Assembly (NCBI GenBank): GCA_964527215.1
Contig: CAZGNZ010000012.1
Coordinates: 1,025 to 65,024, forward strand
Direction of reading: 5' to 3'
From: an uncultured bacterium
GTDB taxonomy: Bacteria; Fidelibacterota; Marinisomatia; SCGC-AAA003-L08; JACNLC01
Length of the DNA stretch: 64,000 bases
Below the pieces are notes generated by a model. That model had not been told where the DNA came from. It searched no databases and saw only the letters and a program-made list of their open reading frames with translations. This document shows positions 39,579 to 48,817 of the stretch, piece after piece. Made by a program: the position numbers and the translations under genes. Position 1 is the first letter of the stretch. Each line of letters begins with the position of its first letter.

Positions 39579-40778
39579 TCAATTCTTATTCTTAACATAC
39601 CTTTTTTTCTTCCTCGGTTTTCCCGGCTCAGGGCTCTGATTCAAAGGATTTCTCCCCAGCCATTGGGCCTTGATTTTTTTGCGGCTTATCAGGCTTTTAA
39701 CCCGGTGAATATCCCCTTTTTTAATAAAGGAAAAAGCTTTCCCGCTGCGGCCCATGCGTCCGGTCCGGCCGGTCCGGTGGGTATATTGATCCAGCTTGGA
39801 CGGGAAATCCCAGTTGATGATCACAGACACATGACTGAAATCCAGTCCGCGACCGGCTACATCGGTGGCAATCATGTACTTCAGCCTGCCGCGCTTGAAC
39901 CGGTTGAAAATGGAGGTGCGTTTCGGCTGGGGCAGGGCACCATGAATGTACTCAATATCCTTGAGTTTCCCTTTCAGGTCCCGGAAAAGTCTTTCAACAC
40001 CGTGCCGGGTATCACAAAAAATAATCACCTGCTGGGTCGTCTCTTTTTCCAGGAAATCCAGCAATGCCCCGATCCTGTTTCTGGGATGAATATACTGGAA
40101 CCAGTGAGAAATGCTGTCGGGTGAAGGTTTGCTGCGGATCAGGTTGACAACACTGGGATCCACCAAAATGTCCTTTGCCAGTCGTTTGGTGTTTTTACCG
40201 GCAGTAGCGGAGAAAAGCAGGGTCTGGTGCTTCACATGAATGCAGGACAGGATGAATTCGATATCCTCCAGAAACCCCTCCTTGAGCAGCTCATCCGCCT
40301 CATCAAGAATGGCCATTTTCACGTGGGGAAAATCCAAAACCCCGTCATACATCAGATCCATCAGCCGGCCCGGCGTTGCCACCAGAATGTGGACGGTGGA
40401 TTTCAAACGAACCACATTGGCGACTTTTGGGGTTTTTCCAAAAACGGCATAAGTAATAACATCAGAGCCCTTGGCCAGCTTGCTGATCTCATTCACATAC
40501 TGGATACAGAGCTCCCGGGTCGGAACGATGACGAGTGCCTGTATTTTATTCAGTCTGGTGTCTATGCGCTGCAGCATGGGGATGCCGCAGGCCACTGTTT
40601 TACCGGACCCGGTTTCAGCCAGAGCCCAGAGGTCACGTCCCTCAGTTATGATGGGGTAGGCAGCTTCCTGGATGGGCGTCATCTCTGTGATGCCCATATT
40701 GTTGACTGCCGAGACAATATTGGCGGGAAGGTTCAGTTCGGAAAATTTCATCAATTCATCTTTCAAGTTAAGCCGCAT
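39579..40778 (-). CDS. DEAD-box ATP-dependent RNA helicase
   Basis: AETGSGKT (motif I), PTRELC (Ia), DEAD in LDEADELL (II), SAT (III), HRTGRTGR (VI), and a basic C-terminal tail. Confidence 0.9.
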   Translation of the reverse strand: MRLNLKDELMKFSELNLPANIVSAVNNMGITEMTPIQEAAYPIITEGRDLWALAETGSGKTVACGIPMLQRIDTRLNKIQALVIVPTRELCIQYVNEISKLAKGSDVITYAVFGKTPKVANVVRLKSTVHILVATPGRLMDLMYDGVLDFPHVKMAILDEADELLKEGFLEDIEFILSCIHVKHQTLLFSATAGKNTKRLAKDILVDPSVVNLIRSKPSPDSISHWFQYIHPRNRIGALLDFLEKETTQQVIIFCDTRHGVERLFRDLKGKLKDIEYIHGALPQPKRTSIFNRFKRGRLKYMIATDVAGRGLDFSHVSVIINWDFPSKLDQYTHRTGRTGRMGRSGKAFSFIKKGDIHRVKSLISRKKIKAQWLGRNPLNQSPEPGKPRKKKRYVKNKN

Positions 40779-41117
40779 TGGAAAACCCGCATCCTCAGGC
40801 CGTTGGGATGGTATCAGTTCTGTTCGCTTCCAGCTGTCTTCGGACCCTGCTGCCCATTACAAAAACTGGTCGAGATAAACCATGCACAAGACTTAGGTTA
40901 AGGATGATTGCAGGATGATACCCAATGAATTCTGATGAATGGCTTACGGGAAAATGAAACGCAGAACCGCACCAAATGTCAGGGACCGCCTGCCGCCCAA
41001 CTCCTGCCGACTCAGCTCAATCAGGAGGTTTGTTGTGATGAAAACAGGACCATTCTTCGCCTTGAACAGACTAATTTAGACGCCGCGGCAATGGGTTTAT
41101 TTTTCAAAAAGGACAGT

Positions 41118-42566
41118 ATGAATCAGAATATCATCAAACAGTTCTGCAGCTGCATCGGCAGTTCATTCGTCATTCGGGAACCGGACGCCTGTGAGGCTTA
41201 TGCCCAGGATGAATACCCCGGACGAAAGTTTTACCAGATTCCCGGAATCGTATTAAAACCGGGCTCTGCATCAGAGGTTGCTGCAGTGATGCGGATTTGC
41301 AGCGATAACAAAATTCCTGTGACGGTTCGCGGCGGCGGAACGGGACTTGCGGGTGCCTGTGTCCCGAATCCAGGCGGTATCGTATTGTCAATGGAACGAT
41401 TGAATCGACTGGTAGATGCAGATTCTGAGAATCAGACCATAACCGTGGAAGCCGGAATGACTCTTTCCCGATTCTATCGCGAAGTGGCGAAAACCGGCTT
41501 GTATTTTCCACCGCATCCCGGAGACGACGGGGCATTTACCGGCGGGATCGCTGCCACCAATGCCGGAGGTGCAAGAGCCGTAAAACATGGTACAGTCCGC
41601 AAATTCATCCGGGGGATGGAAGCCGTGACCGCTCAGGGAGATATCCTGCAGCTTGGCGGGAAATATATCAAATCCAGCAGCGGATATCCCCTGATGCAGC
41701 TCATCATCGGTTCGGAAGGAACCCTGGCGGTAATCACCCAAATTACATTCTCTCTGGTTCCTGCACCGAAAGCGCAGTGCACCTTGGTGGTTCCGTTTGC
41801 ATCCGTTACCGAAGCCATTGATTCAGTATCTGCCATCCTGAATGCCGGCCAGATACCGCTGGCAGCAGAGTTTGTCGAACACCCGGTACTGAGACTGGCT
41901 GAGAATATGACCGGACTCCGCTGGCCCGCTGAGGATGGGTCCGCATCACTTATGTTTATTCTGGATGGGAACAGCGAGGATCAAGTGATGGACCAGGCGG
42001 TGAAAATGGGTGAAATTCTTCAGCGAAACGGAGCGCTGGATATACTGGTGGCCCAGGAAAAACGGCAGCAGGCCGATATACTTAAACTGAGGTCAGTTCT
42101 CTATGAGGCACTGCGTCCCGGTGTGGCCGATATGTTTGACATTTCCCTGCCCAGATCTGAAATCACCGGACACATCACGGCGATCCATCAGCTGGAAGAA
42201 AGGCTGAACATTCATCTGCCGACCTATGGGCATGCCGGCGACGGCAACCTCCATACCCACTATATGCGCAGGGAAATTAAAGACGGTGCACTGAGTACGG
42301 AAATTCCGAACTGGGAAATACTCCTTCCTGATGTTCAAAATTCATTATTTTCCGACGTGCGGAAGCGGGGCGGTGTGATATCGGGAGAACATGGAATCGG
42401 GCTGGCTAAACGGAAGCAGTTAAAATCATTTATGGATCCGGTGCAGCTGGAGCTGATGAAGGGAATAAAAAAACAGTTTGATCCGCAGTGCGTTCTGAAT
42501 CCCGGAAAAATATTTGAATCCGCCAGTGGGCGGGTTTTTAATCCGTCTCCTGACGGAGAAGTGTAA
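41118..42566 (+). CDS. FAD-binding oxidase (GlcD / D-lactate dehydrogenase-like)
   Basis: The FAD-binding PCMH pattern VTVRGGGTGLAGA and the C-terminal GEHGIG..K...FDP..VLNPGKIF are typical. The start is taken at ATG 41118, and the upstream part of the ORF looks non-coding. The last ~16 codons lie in repeat copy A. Confidence 0.8.
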   Translation: MNQNIIKQFCSCIGSSFVIREPDACEAYAQDEYPGRKFYQIPGIVLKPGSASEVAAVMRICSDNKIPVTVRGGGTGLAGACVPNPGGIVLSMERLNRLVDADSENQTITVEAGMTLSRFYREVAKTGLYFPPHPGDDGAFTGGIAATNAGGARAVKHGTVRKFIRGMEAVTAQGDILQLGGKYIKSSSGYPLMQLIIGSEGTLAVITQITFSLVPAPKAQCTLVVPFASVTEAIDSVSAILNAGQIPLAAEFVEHPVLRLAENMTGLRWPAEDGSASLMFILDGNSEDQVMDQAVKMGEILQRNGALDILVAQEKRQQADILKLRSVLYEALRPGVADMFDISLPRSEITGHITAIHQLEERLNIHLPTYGHAGDGNLHTHYMRREIKDGALSTEIPNWEILLPDVQNSLFSDVRKRGGVISGEHGIGLAKRKQLKSFMDPVQLELMKGIKKQFDPQCVLNPGKIFESASGRVFNPSPDGEV

Positions 42567-42683
42567 TTGGGTGCATTCCCCGCCGCTTGTTGAAAATCCG
42601 CCATTTGGCGTGGCGGCAAAATGAAAAATGATTATATCACTAATGATACCTCACCCGTCAGCTGACGGGCGGGGAAATTCATT
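42516..42683 (+). repeat. dispersed structured repeat, copy A (full length, ~168 nt)
   Basis: Collinear with copy B over its whole length, and with the reverse complement of copy D over ~112 nt. Contains the perfect palindrome CCCGTCAGCTGACGGG at 42654-42669. Confidence 0.85.
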
Positions 42684-42728
42684 GATGCCGACCTGCACTG
42701 TCACCACAGAAATTTTAAAAGAAAAGCA

Positions 42729-42754
42729 AAAGGCTGCGATATCCACAGCCTTTT
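42729..42754. terminator. bidirectional rho-independent terminator
   Basis: AAAGGCTG-cgatatcca-CAGCCTTT is flanked by an A-run upstream and a T-run downstream. It can terminate the + oxidase transcript and the - strand tRNA-Ser. Confidence 0.65.
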
Positions 42755-42821
42755 AAAAAGTTGAACTTCATCCAACCGGAAGTTCGTTCCGCAGCCGGCG
42801 AATCTTTCGTCAGCCTGCCTG

Positions 42822-42905
42822 CGGAGGATGAGGGACTCGAACCCCCAAGGGCGCAAACCCGGCGGTTTTCAAGACCGCTGCCTTACCAATTAGGACTAAT
42901 CCTCC
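42822..42905 (-). tRNA. tRNA-Ser (anticodon TGA)
   Basis: Read on the minus strand: acceptor GGAGGAT/ATCCTCC, D stem GTC/GGC, anticodon stem GCGGT/ACCGC with loop CTTGAAA, long variable arm CGGGTTTGCGCCCTTG, T arm GGGGG-TTCGAGT-CCCTC, discriminator G. No CCA. Confidence 0.88.
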
Positions 42906-43000
42906 CGTTATTATCTGGCACCGTATTTACAGGGTGTCAAATAAAGTCGGCAAATTTATTGCCTTATGCAATCACGGAAAAAGGTTAATTTTTCGAAGAA

Positions 43001-43270
43001 TTAAATTTCTTCCCTGTAATTGATTTTACAGCCGCATCCGTCCCACATCCGTTCATATGTCTCTAAACGGTCGCTGACAAATTTCCGGGCGCTATCCAGG
43101 GAATCAGACTTCCGCAGCAGAATCTCCTTTTTATCGGATTCTTCAATAATTAAATATTCATGATCCTTTCGCATAATAGCAATCAACCCGCAGATGCAGG
43201 TGTCATGTTCCTGAACCAGTTCAGAAGAATCCCTGAGTTCACGGAGTTGATCAGCGCTGATAATTTCCAT
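43001..43270 (-). CDS. small Cys-motif protein, function unknown
   Basis: 89-aa ORF with CIC and MWDGCGC motifs. Lies between the two full-length repeat copies. Confidence 0.45.
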   Translation of the reverse strand: MEIISADQLRELRDSSELVQEHDTCICGLIAIMRKDHEYLIIEESDKKEILLRKSDSLDSARKFVSDRLETYERMWDGCGCKINYREEI

Positions 43271-43318
43271 TGCGTATTCCTCAGATTAAATTACTTTCAG
43301 GTCAGTTCCGGTAGGTTT

Positions 43319-43487
43319 GAAACCGCCAGTTGGCGGGTTTTAATTCCTCTCCTGACAGACATGTGTAACAGGGTGCATTCCCCGCCGCTTGTTGAAAATC
43401 CGCCATTTGGCATGCCGGCGAAATAGTTAATGCCCCGATCGATTACTGAACCCCCGTCACGTCAGCTGACGGGCGGGGAAATTCATT
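43319..43487 (+). repeat. dispersed structured repeat, copy B (full length, ~169 nt)
   Basis: GAAACCGCCAGTTGGCGGGTTTTAATT...GGGTGCATTCCCCGCCGCTTGTTGAAAATCCGCCATTTGGCATGCCGGCGAAAT...GTCAGCTGACGGGCGGGGAAATTCATT. Same order and orientation as copy A. Confidence 0.85.
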
Positions 43488-43738
43488 TGCAGCACCATTA
43501 CAAACCATATGGGTTGAACACCGGGGCTGAATCCTGACCGGAATTCCGTTTCGTGCCGCACATGTCCGCCCTGTCTGTCATACAGGCATTGGACGGATAA
43601 ACCTCAGTATCCCCGGTCATAATGCTGAAAAAACGGATTGGATTTCCACTTGCTCCGGATTCCTGCTGATTCTTATTGCACCTGAAAAATCCAATTATCC
43701 GTGTTGTAATAATACGAACGATCGTACTAATATTCCAT

Positions 43739-44347
43739 ATGTCAAAAGGAGAAGAAACCAGAAGATTTATCCTTGAGATGGGGCTTGAACTGGCCACACA
43801 GCTTGGTTTGGAGTCCATATCCATCGGGCTGCTGGCGAAAGCGGCCGGAATGTCAAAAAGCGGATTGTTTGCCCATTTCAACTCCAAGGAAAATCTTCAG
43901 ATTGCCATTCTGGAATTTGCTGCTGAAAATTTTTCACAGTCCGTGGTTGTACCGGCACTGAAAGAACCGGCAGGAATCCAGCGCATCACCGCGATGATCC
44001 GCAACTGGATCAGTTTCAGTTCCAAACTTTCCGGCGGCTGTATATTTACATCCACTGCAGTAGAGTTCAGTGACCGGCCGGGAAAAGTTCGCGATCTTCT
44101 CCTTTCCCAGCAGAACAGCTGGGTGAGTACACTTCGAAGGATTGGAAAGACGGCCGTTAAAACCGGTGATTTCCGGAAGAATGCGGATTTGGATCAGTTC
44201 GCATTTGACGTCTATTCAATGCTTATGGGTGTGCATTATTATGGAACGCTTTTAAATGATTCCATGACAAACCAGTATATGCAGAATTCATTTCGGCAGC
44301 TCCTGGAGTTCTATGGTTCTGCGGACCTTGTTCTTACTGAAATATAA
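43739..44347 (+). CDS. TetR/AcrR family transcriptional regulator
   Basis: MSKGEETRRFILEMGLELATQLGLESISIGLLAKAAGMSKSGLFAHFNSKE is a typical TetR N-terminal HTH. The start is taken at ATG 43739. Confidence 0.8.
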   Translation: MSKGEETRRFILEMGLELATQLGLESISIGLLAKAAGMSKSGLFAHFNSKENLQIAILEFAAENFSQSVVVPALKEPAGIQRITAMIRNWISFSSKLSGGCIFTSTAVEFSDRPGKVRDLLLSQQNSWVSTLRRIGKTAVKTGDFRKNADLDQFAFDVYSMLMGVHYYGTLLNDSMTNQYMQNSFRQLLEFYGSADLVLTEI

Positions 44348-44365
44348 TAAACACGGGAAATCAAA

Positions 44366-45286
44366 ATGAATCGACGAAGTCCGCTGACTGAATCCGGCAG
44401 GCAAAACAACAGCTTTCGGCAGGCGTTTATGCGCGTGCTTGTTCGAGCCAGCTGGAAACTGAATGAATCATGGACAGACCGATTAATCCGCAAACTGTTT
44501 TTTACCCCTCGGAACAGAGAAATATCATCCCTTCAGAATGACCTCCTTGAATTGTCTGAACCGTTTGAAATTATTGTCAATAATGCCAGAGTAAACTGTT
44601 GGAAGTGGGGTCATGGCCCGGTCCTTCTGTTTGTGCACGGCTGGAACGGCCGGGGTATCCAGTTTCGCCAGATGCTGGAAAATCTGATTGCTCAGGGGTA
44701 CACCTGTATTACGTTCGACGGTCCGGGTCACGGTGAATCAGAGGGGGCCACATCCAGTTACTTTCAGATGAGCGATGCCGTTCGATCACTGATCCGGTAT
44801 CTCGGTCCAGACAATATTACCGGGCTGATCGGGCATTCCTTCGGAGCCGGAGCTGTTATCAATGCGATGGCGAATGATTCAATCAGACTGCCTGCCATTC
44901 TCATCGCGCCGGCATTGCGGATGAAGGAAACTCTGGACAGGGCATTTGAACATCATGGTGTACCGTTGGAGATTTTCAATGCCATCATAGGAAAATATGA
45001 ACTCCGGTACGGATACAGCATGATCAAGGACAATCCCTTTAAACTGCTGGAAAAACTCAAATCGTCTGTTCTGGTGATACATGACCGCGAAGATACAGTC
45101 ATTCCCTATTCAGATTCTGTGTCGGCTGCGGGCAGGTTTCCGATAATCAGACTGCATACAACTTCCGGATTGGGACACAATCGAATTCTGAAGGACGAAA
45201 AAGTGATCCAGGCTGTAAAAAGTACACTTAAACCACATGAAGCGGAAAGCAGACGTAAAGCGCCGGGAAGACCGGCTGCGGTTTAG
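44366..45286 (+). CDS. alpha/beta hydrolase
   Basis: HGWNG oxyanion region, GHSFG nucleophile elbow, and a late GLGHNR His motif. Confidence 0.8.
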   Translation: MNRRSPLTESGRQNNSFRQAFMRVLVRASWKLNESWTDRLIRKLFFTPRNREISSLQNDLLELSEPFEIIVNNARVNCWKWGHGPVLLFVHGWNGRGIQFRQMLENLIAQGYTCITFDGPGHGESEGATSSYFQMSDAVRSLIRYLGPDNITGLIGHSFGAGAVINAMANDSIRLPAILIAPALRMKETLDRAFEHHGVPLEIFNAIIGKYELRYGYSMIKDNPFKLLEKLKSSVLVIHDREDTVIPYSDSVSAAGRFPIIRLHTTSGLGHNRILKDEKVIQAVKSTLKPHEAESRRKAPGRPAAV

Positions 45287-45349
45287 GGGAGCCCGGCAGA
45301 CTGCGGCAATGGAGACGCAGGCACTGCCTGGGATTTCACTAAGTCACGG

Positions 45350-45931
45350 TCAGTCAGACATCTCCTGATATTCTATTTCGCGGTGACCCTCGATCTGACT
45401 GTCATTCCGAAAGCGGGACATTTTGACGATGTATCCGTTTCCATCCCGTTCAAAAAAACCATAGTAATAGGACAACGTATCCGACTCAGACACAAAATCG
45501 GTTCGGGTCCAAACCCCGTCCCCGGAGTAGGTCCACGTCATTTCCCCCAGGATCTGTTCCATACTGTCTTCCACTGTGCAGGACAGAACATTGTCGTCAT
45601 CATCGTAACTGAAATTCGCCCATGCCTCGGTCAGCAGTCCGTCAGAACCATACACCCGCCTGCTGATCAGCAGTCCTGACTCATCATAATCGTAGTATTC
45701 ATACCCAGTGACGGCACCTGAAGCATCGGTGATTTCATTGTGCAGCAGCAGATACTGATCATCATAAACGTAACTGGTTCGAACCTCAAGCACCTGTCCG
45801 ATCAGATCAAAATCACTGATACCGGAAATCAGATAGAGTGCTGCAGGATCTTCTTCCGAACTGCAGCCGAACAGGATCAGCAGCGGCAGAATTTGAAGGG
45901 GGTTTAATAATTTGCGGGTGTTGTTTATCAT
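45350..45931 (-). CDS. lipoprotein, function unknown
   Basis: Lipobox LLILFGCSS. Asp/Tyr-rich beta-type sequence. Confidence 0.55.
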   Translation of the reverse strand: MINNTRKLLNPLQILPLLILFGCSSEEDPAALYLISGISDFDLIGQVLEVRTSYVYDDQYLLLHNEITDASGAVTGYEYYDYDESGLLISRRVYGSDGLLTEAWANFSYDDDDNVLSCTVEDSMEQILGEMTWTYSGDGVWTRTDFVSESDTLSYYYGFFERDGNGYIVKMSRFRNDSQIEGHREIEYQEMSD

Positions 45932-46072
45932 AATTGAATCCAGTTTAAGCTTGTTACTGATATTATCGGGCAGATACCGTTTATCTGAAATGCATGTTTC
46001 ATGAAATAGTTGACGGTCTCAGACGGCTGCCGTATTAAATTTGCCGTTAAATTACCACTGATATTACAGCCG

Positions 46073-47494
46073 ATGCCAGCTGACAGTTATCTTCGATTTT
46101 ATACTGCTGCCCAAAATCTATACCGGTCAGACCTGCGCCTGGCGGAAAGGTATTTTTCGGAAATCACAAACGGTTCAATGGACCTCGTTCAGCGGTCCAA
46201 CCGCATTGTTCCAATGTTGGATGCCGAAATTCGACAGGTTCAGCTTTCCATTCTCCCGGTGTCACCAAAATGGCGGTACTGGCGGAATCTGCAGGATTTG
46301 GTTCAGTACTTTTATATTGGTGATGTCGGCTGTTTTGTACCGGAGAAAAAATACAATATTCATTTGAAACGCGCCCTTGGCAGCGCCCAAAAACGATGGG
46401 TCCGATATGACTGGGAGGTCCTTCCCGATCCGCCTATCGAGTTTATAATTGACCGTCTGATTGAAATATCGGAAGTTCTGGACGAGGAGGTGGGCGAATG
46501 GTTGAAAGAGCAGCTGTACCGCGCGCTTCAGATCATACCGGTTCCGGTCCTTCGCCAGGGAGGATATGGAAAACTGACCCGGACCGTCAGCGGTGTACTC
46601 ATGTATTCCATTCTTGCCCTTGACAGCGACGCCAATGCAGCGCAGGTCCGGCAGCGGATTTTTTCTGCATTGAAAGGGGGGATGTTTTTTGGGTTGATGT
46701 ACCCTTTGGTGGATGATGTAATGGATCTGCCGGATTTGCTGTCTCCGATACAGAAGGAGGAGTATGCCAGGTACATCACGAATCTGGCGCTGGGAATGAC
46801 GAATGAACCGGATCATGATTTTCCGTACGATCTTCAAACCCATTTCTGCGGCTGCTTTCGAAATCTGGAAAATCTGCTGGAAGCGCCCCGATTTCAGGAG
46901 CTGGTCAAAAACATGCTGGTACTTCATATTTCTCAGCTTGAGGACGGCATGAAAAGCAGTCGATACCGCTATTCCGATGAGGATATCTATCCGCCGCTGA
47001 TTCTGAAAGCCGCCTACACTCGAATTATTGCAGCCATTCTGGGAGGATTCCCCATTCAGGATGAATTTCGAAACAACATGATAAAAAATGGACTTGGCCT
47101 GCAGATGGTGGATGATTTCCGGGACTTTCAGAAAGACCTGAAACGCAGTCAGTTTACTCCGTTTACCCATTTTCACAAATTCGGTAATGACGATAATGTC
47201 AATCCGATGCTGCTGTATCTTGCATCATTGCAGGAGTTAATGGATCGTCACGGAAACAGAAAATCCTGCAGCCGACAGATCGTCCGGCGATTCAGCCATG
47301 CGGTGCGGCGGTTTGCGCAAACCCATGCTGATGATCAGATGCATGGATTTCTCACCCTGTTTTTATCTGATACACCTTCATTAAGGCGTTCCGTGGCCCG
47401 GCTGATTCGCCTGAGCAGCCGGATTACAGATATTGATTTTCAGATATCGGACACGATGACAAAAATCGCTGTCACCCAGGCTGGAAGAAGCTGA
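46073..47494 (+). CDS. divergent class I isoprenoid-synthase-fold protein (two DDxxD motifs)
   Basis: LMYPLVDDVMD and GLQMVDDFRDFQKD lie ~140 aa apart, like the FARM/SARM motifs of trans-prenyl synthases and terpene synthases. There is a long N-terminal extension. The start is uncertain (46010 or 46073). Confidence 0.5.
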   Translation: MPADSYLRFYTAAQNLYRSDLRLAERYFSEITNGSMDLVQRSNRIVPMLDAEIRQVQLSILPVSPKWRYWRNLQDLVQYFYIGDVGCFVPEKKYNIHLKRALGSAQKRWVRYDWEVLPDPPIEFIIDRLIEISEVLDEEVGEWLKEQLYRALQIIPVPVLRQGGYGKLTRTVSGVLMYSILALDSDANAAQVRQRIFSALKGGMFFGLMYPLVDDVMDLPDLLSPIQKEEYARYITNLALGMTNEPDHDFPYDLQTHFCGCFRNLENLLEAPRFQELVKNMLVLHISQLEDGMKSSRYRYSDEDIYPPLILKAAYTRIIAAILGGFPIQDEFRNNMIKNGLGLQMVDDFRDFQKDLKRSQFTPFTHFHKFGNDDNVNPMLLYLASLQELMDRHGNRKSCSRQIVRRFSHAVRRFAQTHADDQMHGFLTLFLSDTPSLRRSVARLIRLSSRITDIDFQISDTMTKIAVTQAGRS

Positions 47495-47496
47495 GC

Positions 47497-48666
47497 TTAT
47501 TTCTGTCCTGCTGGTTCAATTGAGGGAGGATCGGGAGGGATTTCTGTTTCCTGGTCTGGAACACCCTGATCGGGCGGCTGAAATCCAACCTCATCGGCCT
47601 TTCTGACTTCCGGCAGATAAGCCCTGAAAGTTTCGCCATAGATATCCCAGACGGTGACAAACAGTGCGGCAATAATGGGTCCCACAATAAATCCCACAAT
47701 TCCGAACAGACTGATTCCTCCCAGCGTTGAGAAGAAGATCATCAGGTCATGCATTCGGGTATCCTTTCCGACCAGTCTGGGACGCAGCACATTGTCGACA
47801 CTTCCCACAAGCAGCCCGCAGAACAGGGCCAGACCCACCGCTTTCAGAATCGCCCCGGATGCGGCCAGAAGGATCACCGCCGGTATCCAGATCAGGCTGG
47901 AACCCACGATGGGAATTATGGACAGGACCGTCATTACGGTGGCCCAGAACAGCACGCTGTCGATGCCGACAACCCAGAATGCCAATCCCGCCAGTCCGCC
48001 CTGAATGGCGCCGATGACCAGGGTTCCTTTTATGGTGGCCCGTGTCACGGATGTGAATTTTGCCAGCATTCGGCGTTCATCCTGATCGGTGAGGGGGAAA
48101 TATAACAGCAGTTTGTCCAGAATCATCTTTCCGTCTTTCAGGAAGAAATACATGGTATAAAGAAACACGAAAGACATAAACAGAAAGTTGACGGTGGAAA
48201 AAGTAAATGAAGAGATACTGTCAAACAGCAGACTGCTCAAGTTGCTCACCATCTCACCGGCCTTCTGCAGGATGATATCCTGGTACCTGCTGAACTCTTC
48301 ATAATAGGGCAGTTTCTGAAAAAAATCATCAAAAGTGGATGTTTCCTGAAGGGTTTTTGCAACCCATGGCGTAACCGACTGACTGATTTTTACGGCTTGT
48401 CCGGCAATGATTCCGAGAAGAACCAGAAGGGGCAGGAAAATTATCAGCGACAGGCAGACAAGTGTCAGAGCAGAACTGAGTCCGGCGCGATTGCGGGTCC
48501 ATTGTAGAAATTTCTGGTAAACCGGCTGGGTCATGGCAGCGAAAATGCTGGTCAGCAGCAAGGTCATTAAAAAACTGCGAACCATTATCAGGAAAACGGC
48601 CGAAATAAATATCAGGACCAGTATCAGAACAATCTGACTTAGCGAGAGCTGTTTCGTTGCGGACAT
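47497..48666 (-). CDS. AI-2E family transporter (PerM/UPF0118)
   Basis: 8-TM pattern with a conserved late region (LSIIPIVGSSLIWIPA...VDNVLRPRLVG). Confidence 0.85.
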   Translation of the reverse strand: MSATKQLSLSQIVLILVLIFISAVFLIMVRSFLMTLLLTSIFAAMTQPVYQKFLQWTRNRAGLSSALTLVCLSLIIFLPLLVLLGIIAGQAVKISQSVTPWVAKTLQETSTFDDFFQKLPYYEEFSRYQDIILQKAGEMVSNLSSLLFDSISSFTFSTVNFLFMSFVFLYTMYFFLKDGKMILDKLLLYFPLTDQDERRMLAKFTSVTRATIKGTLVIGAIQGGLAGLAFWVVGIDSVLFWATVMTVLSIIPIVGSSLIWIPAVILLAASGAILKAVGLALFCGLLVGSVDNVLRPRLVGKDTRMHDLMIFFSTLGGISLFGIVGFIVGPIIAALFVTVWDIYGETFRAYLPEVRKADEVGFQPPDQGVPDQETEIPPDPPSIEPAGQK

Positions 48667-48817
48667 AAGTTCCTCAAAGTGAATGACCCGGTTACAGGCA
48701 GAGCACTGGTAATAAAAACGTTAAAAAACCACAGGCAGCTGATGAATCGAACATTCCAGCAGCACACGGCAAAATACCCTTGCGAATGGTTTGGTGCAGG
48801 TTGAACGGCTGTCCGGA

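Noticed and set aside
40935-41117. Long N-terminal extension of the FAD-oxidase ORF
   Set aside because: The extension is low in complexity, with no similarity to GlcD-type N-termini. An internal ATG at 41118 gives the canonical length.
43498-43887. 129-aa minus-strand ORF overlapping the TetR start and repeat flank
   Set aside because: It overlaps the motif-bearing TetR gene in antisense and has no recognisable features.
46262-47176. 304-aa ORF antisense to the isoprenoid-synthase-like gene
   Set aside because: The plus-strand frame is longer and carries the paired DDxxD motifs. The antisense translation is Arg/Gln/Ile-rich with no motif, signal peptide or RBS.
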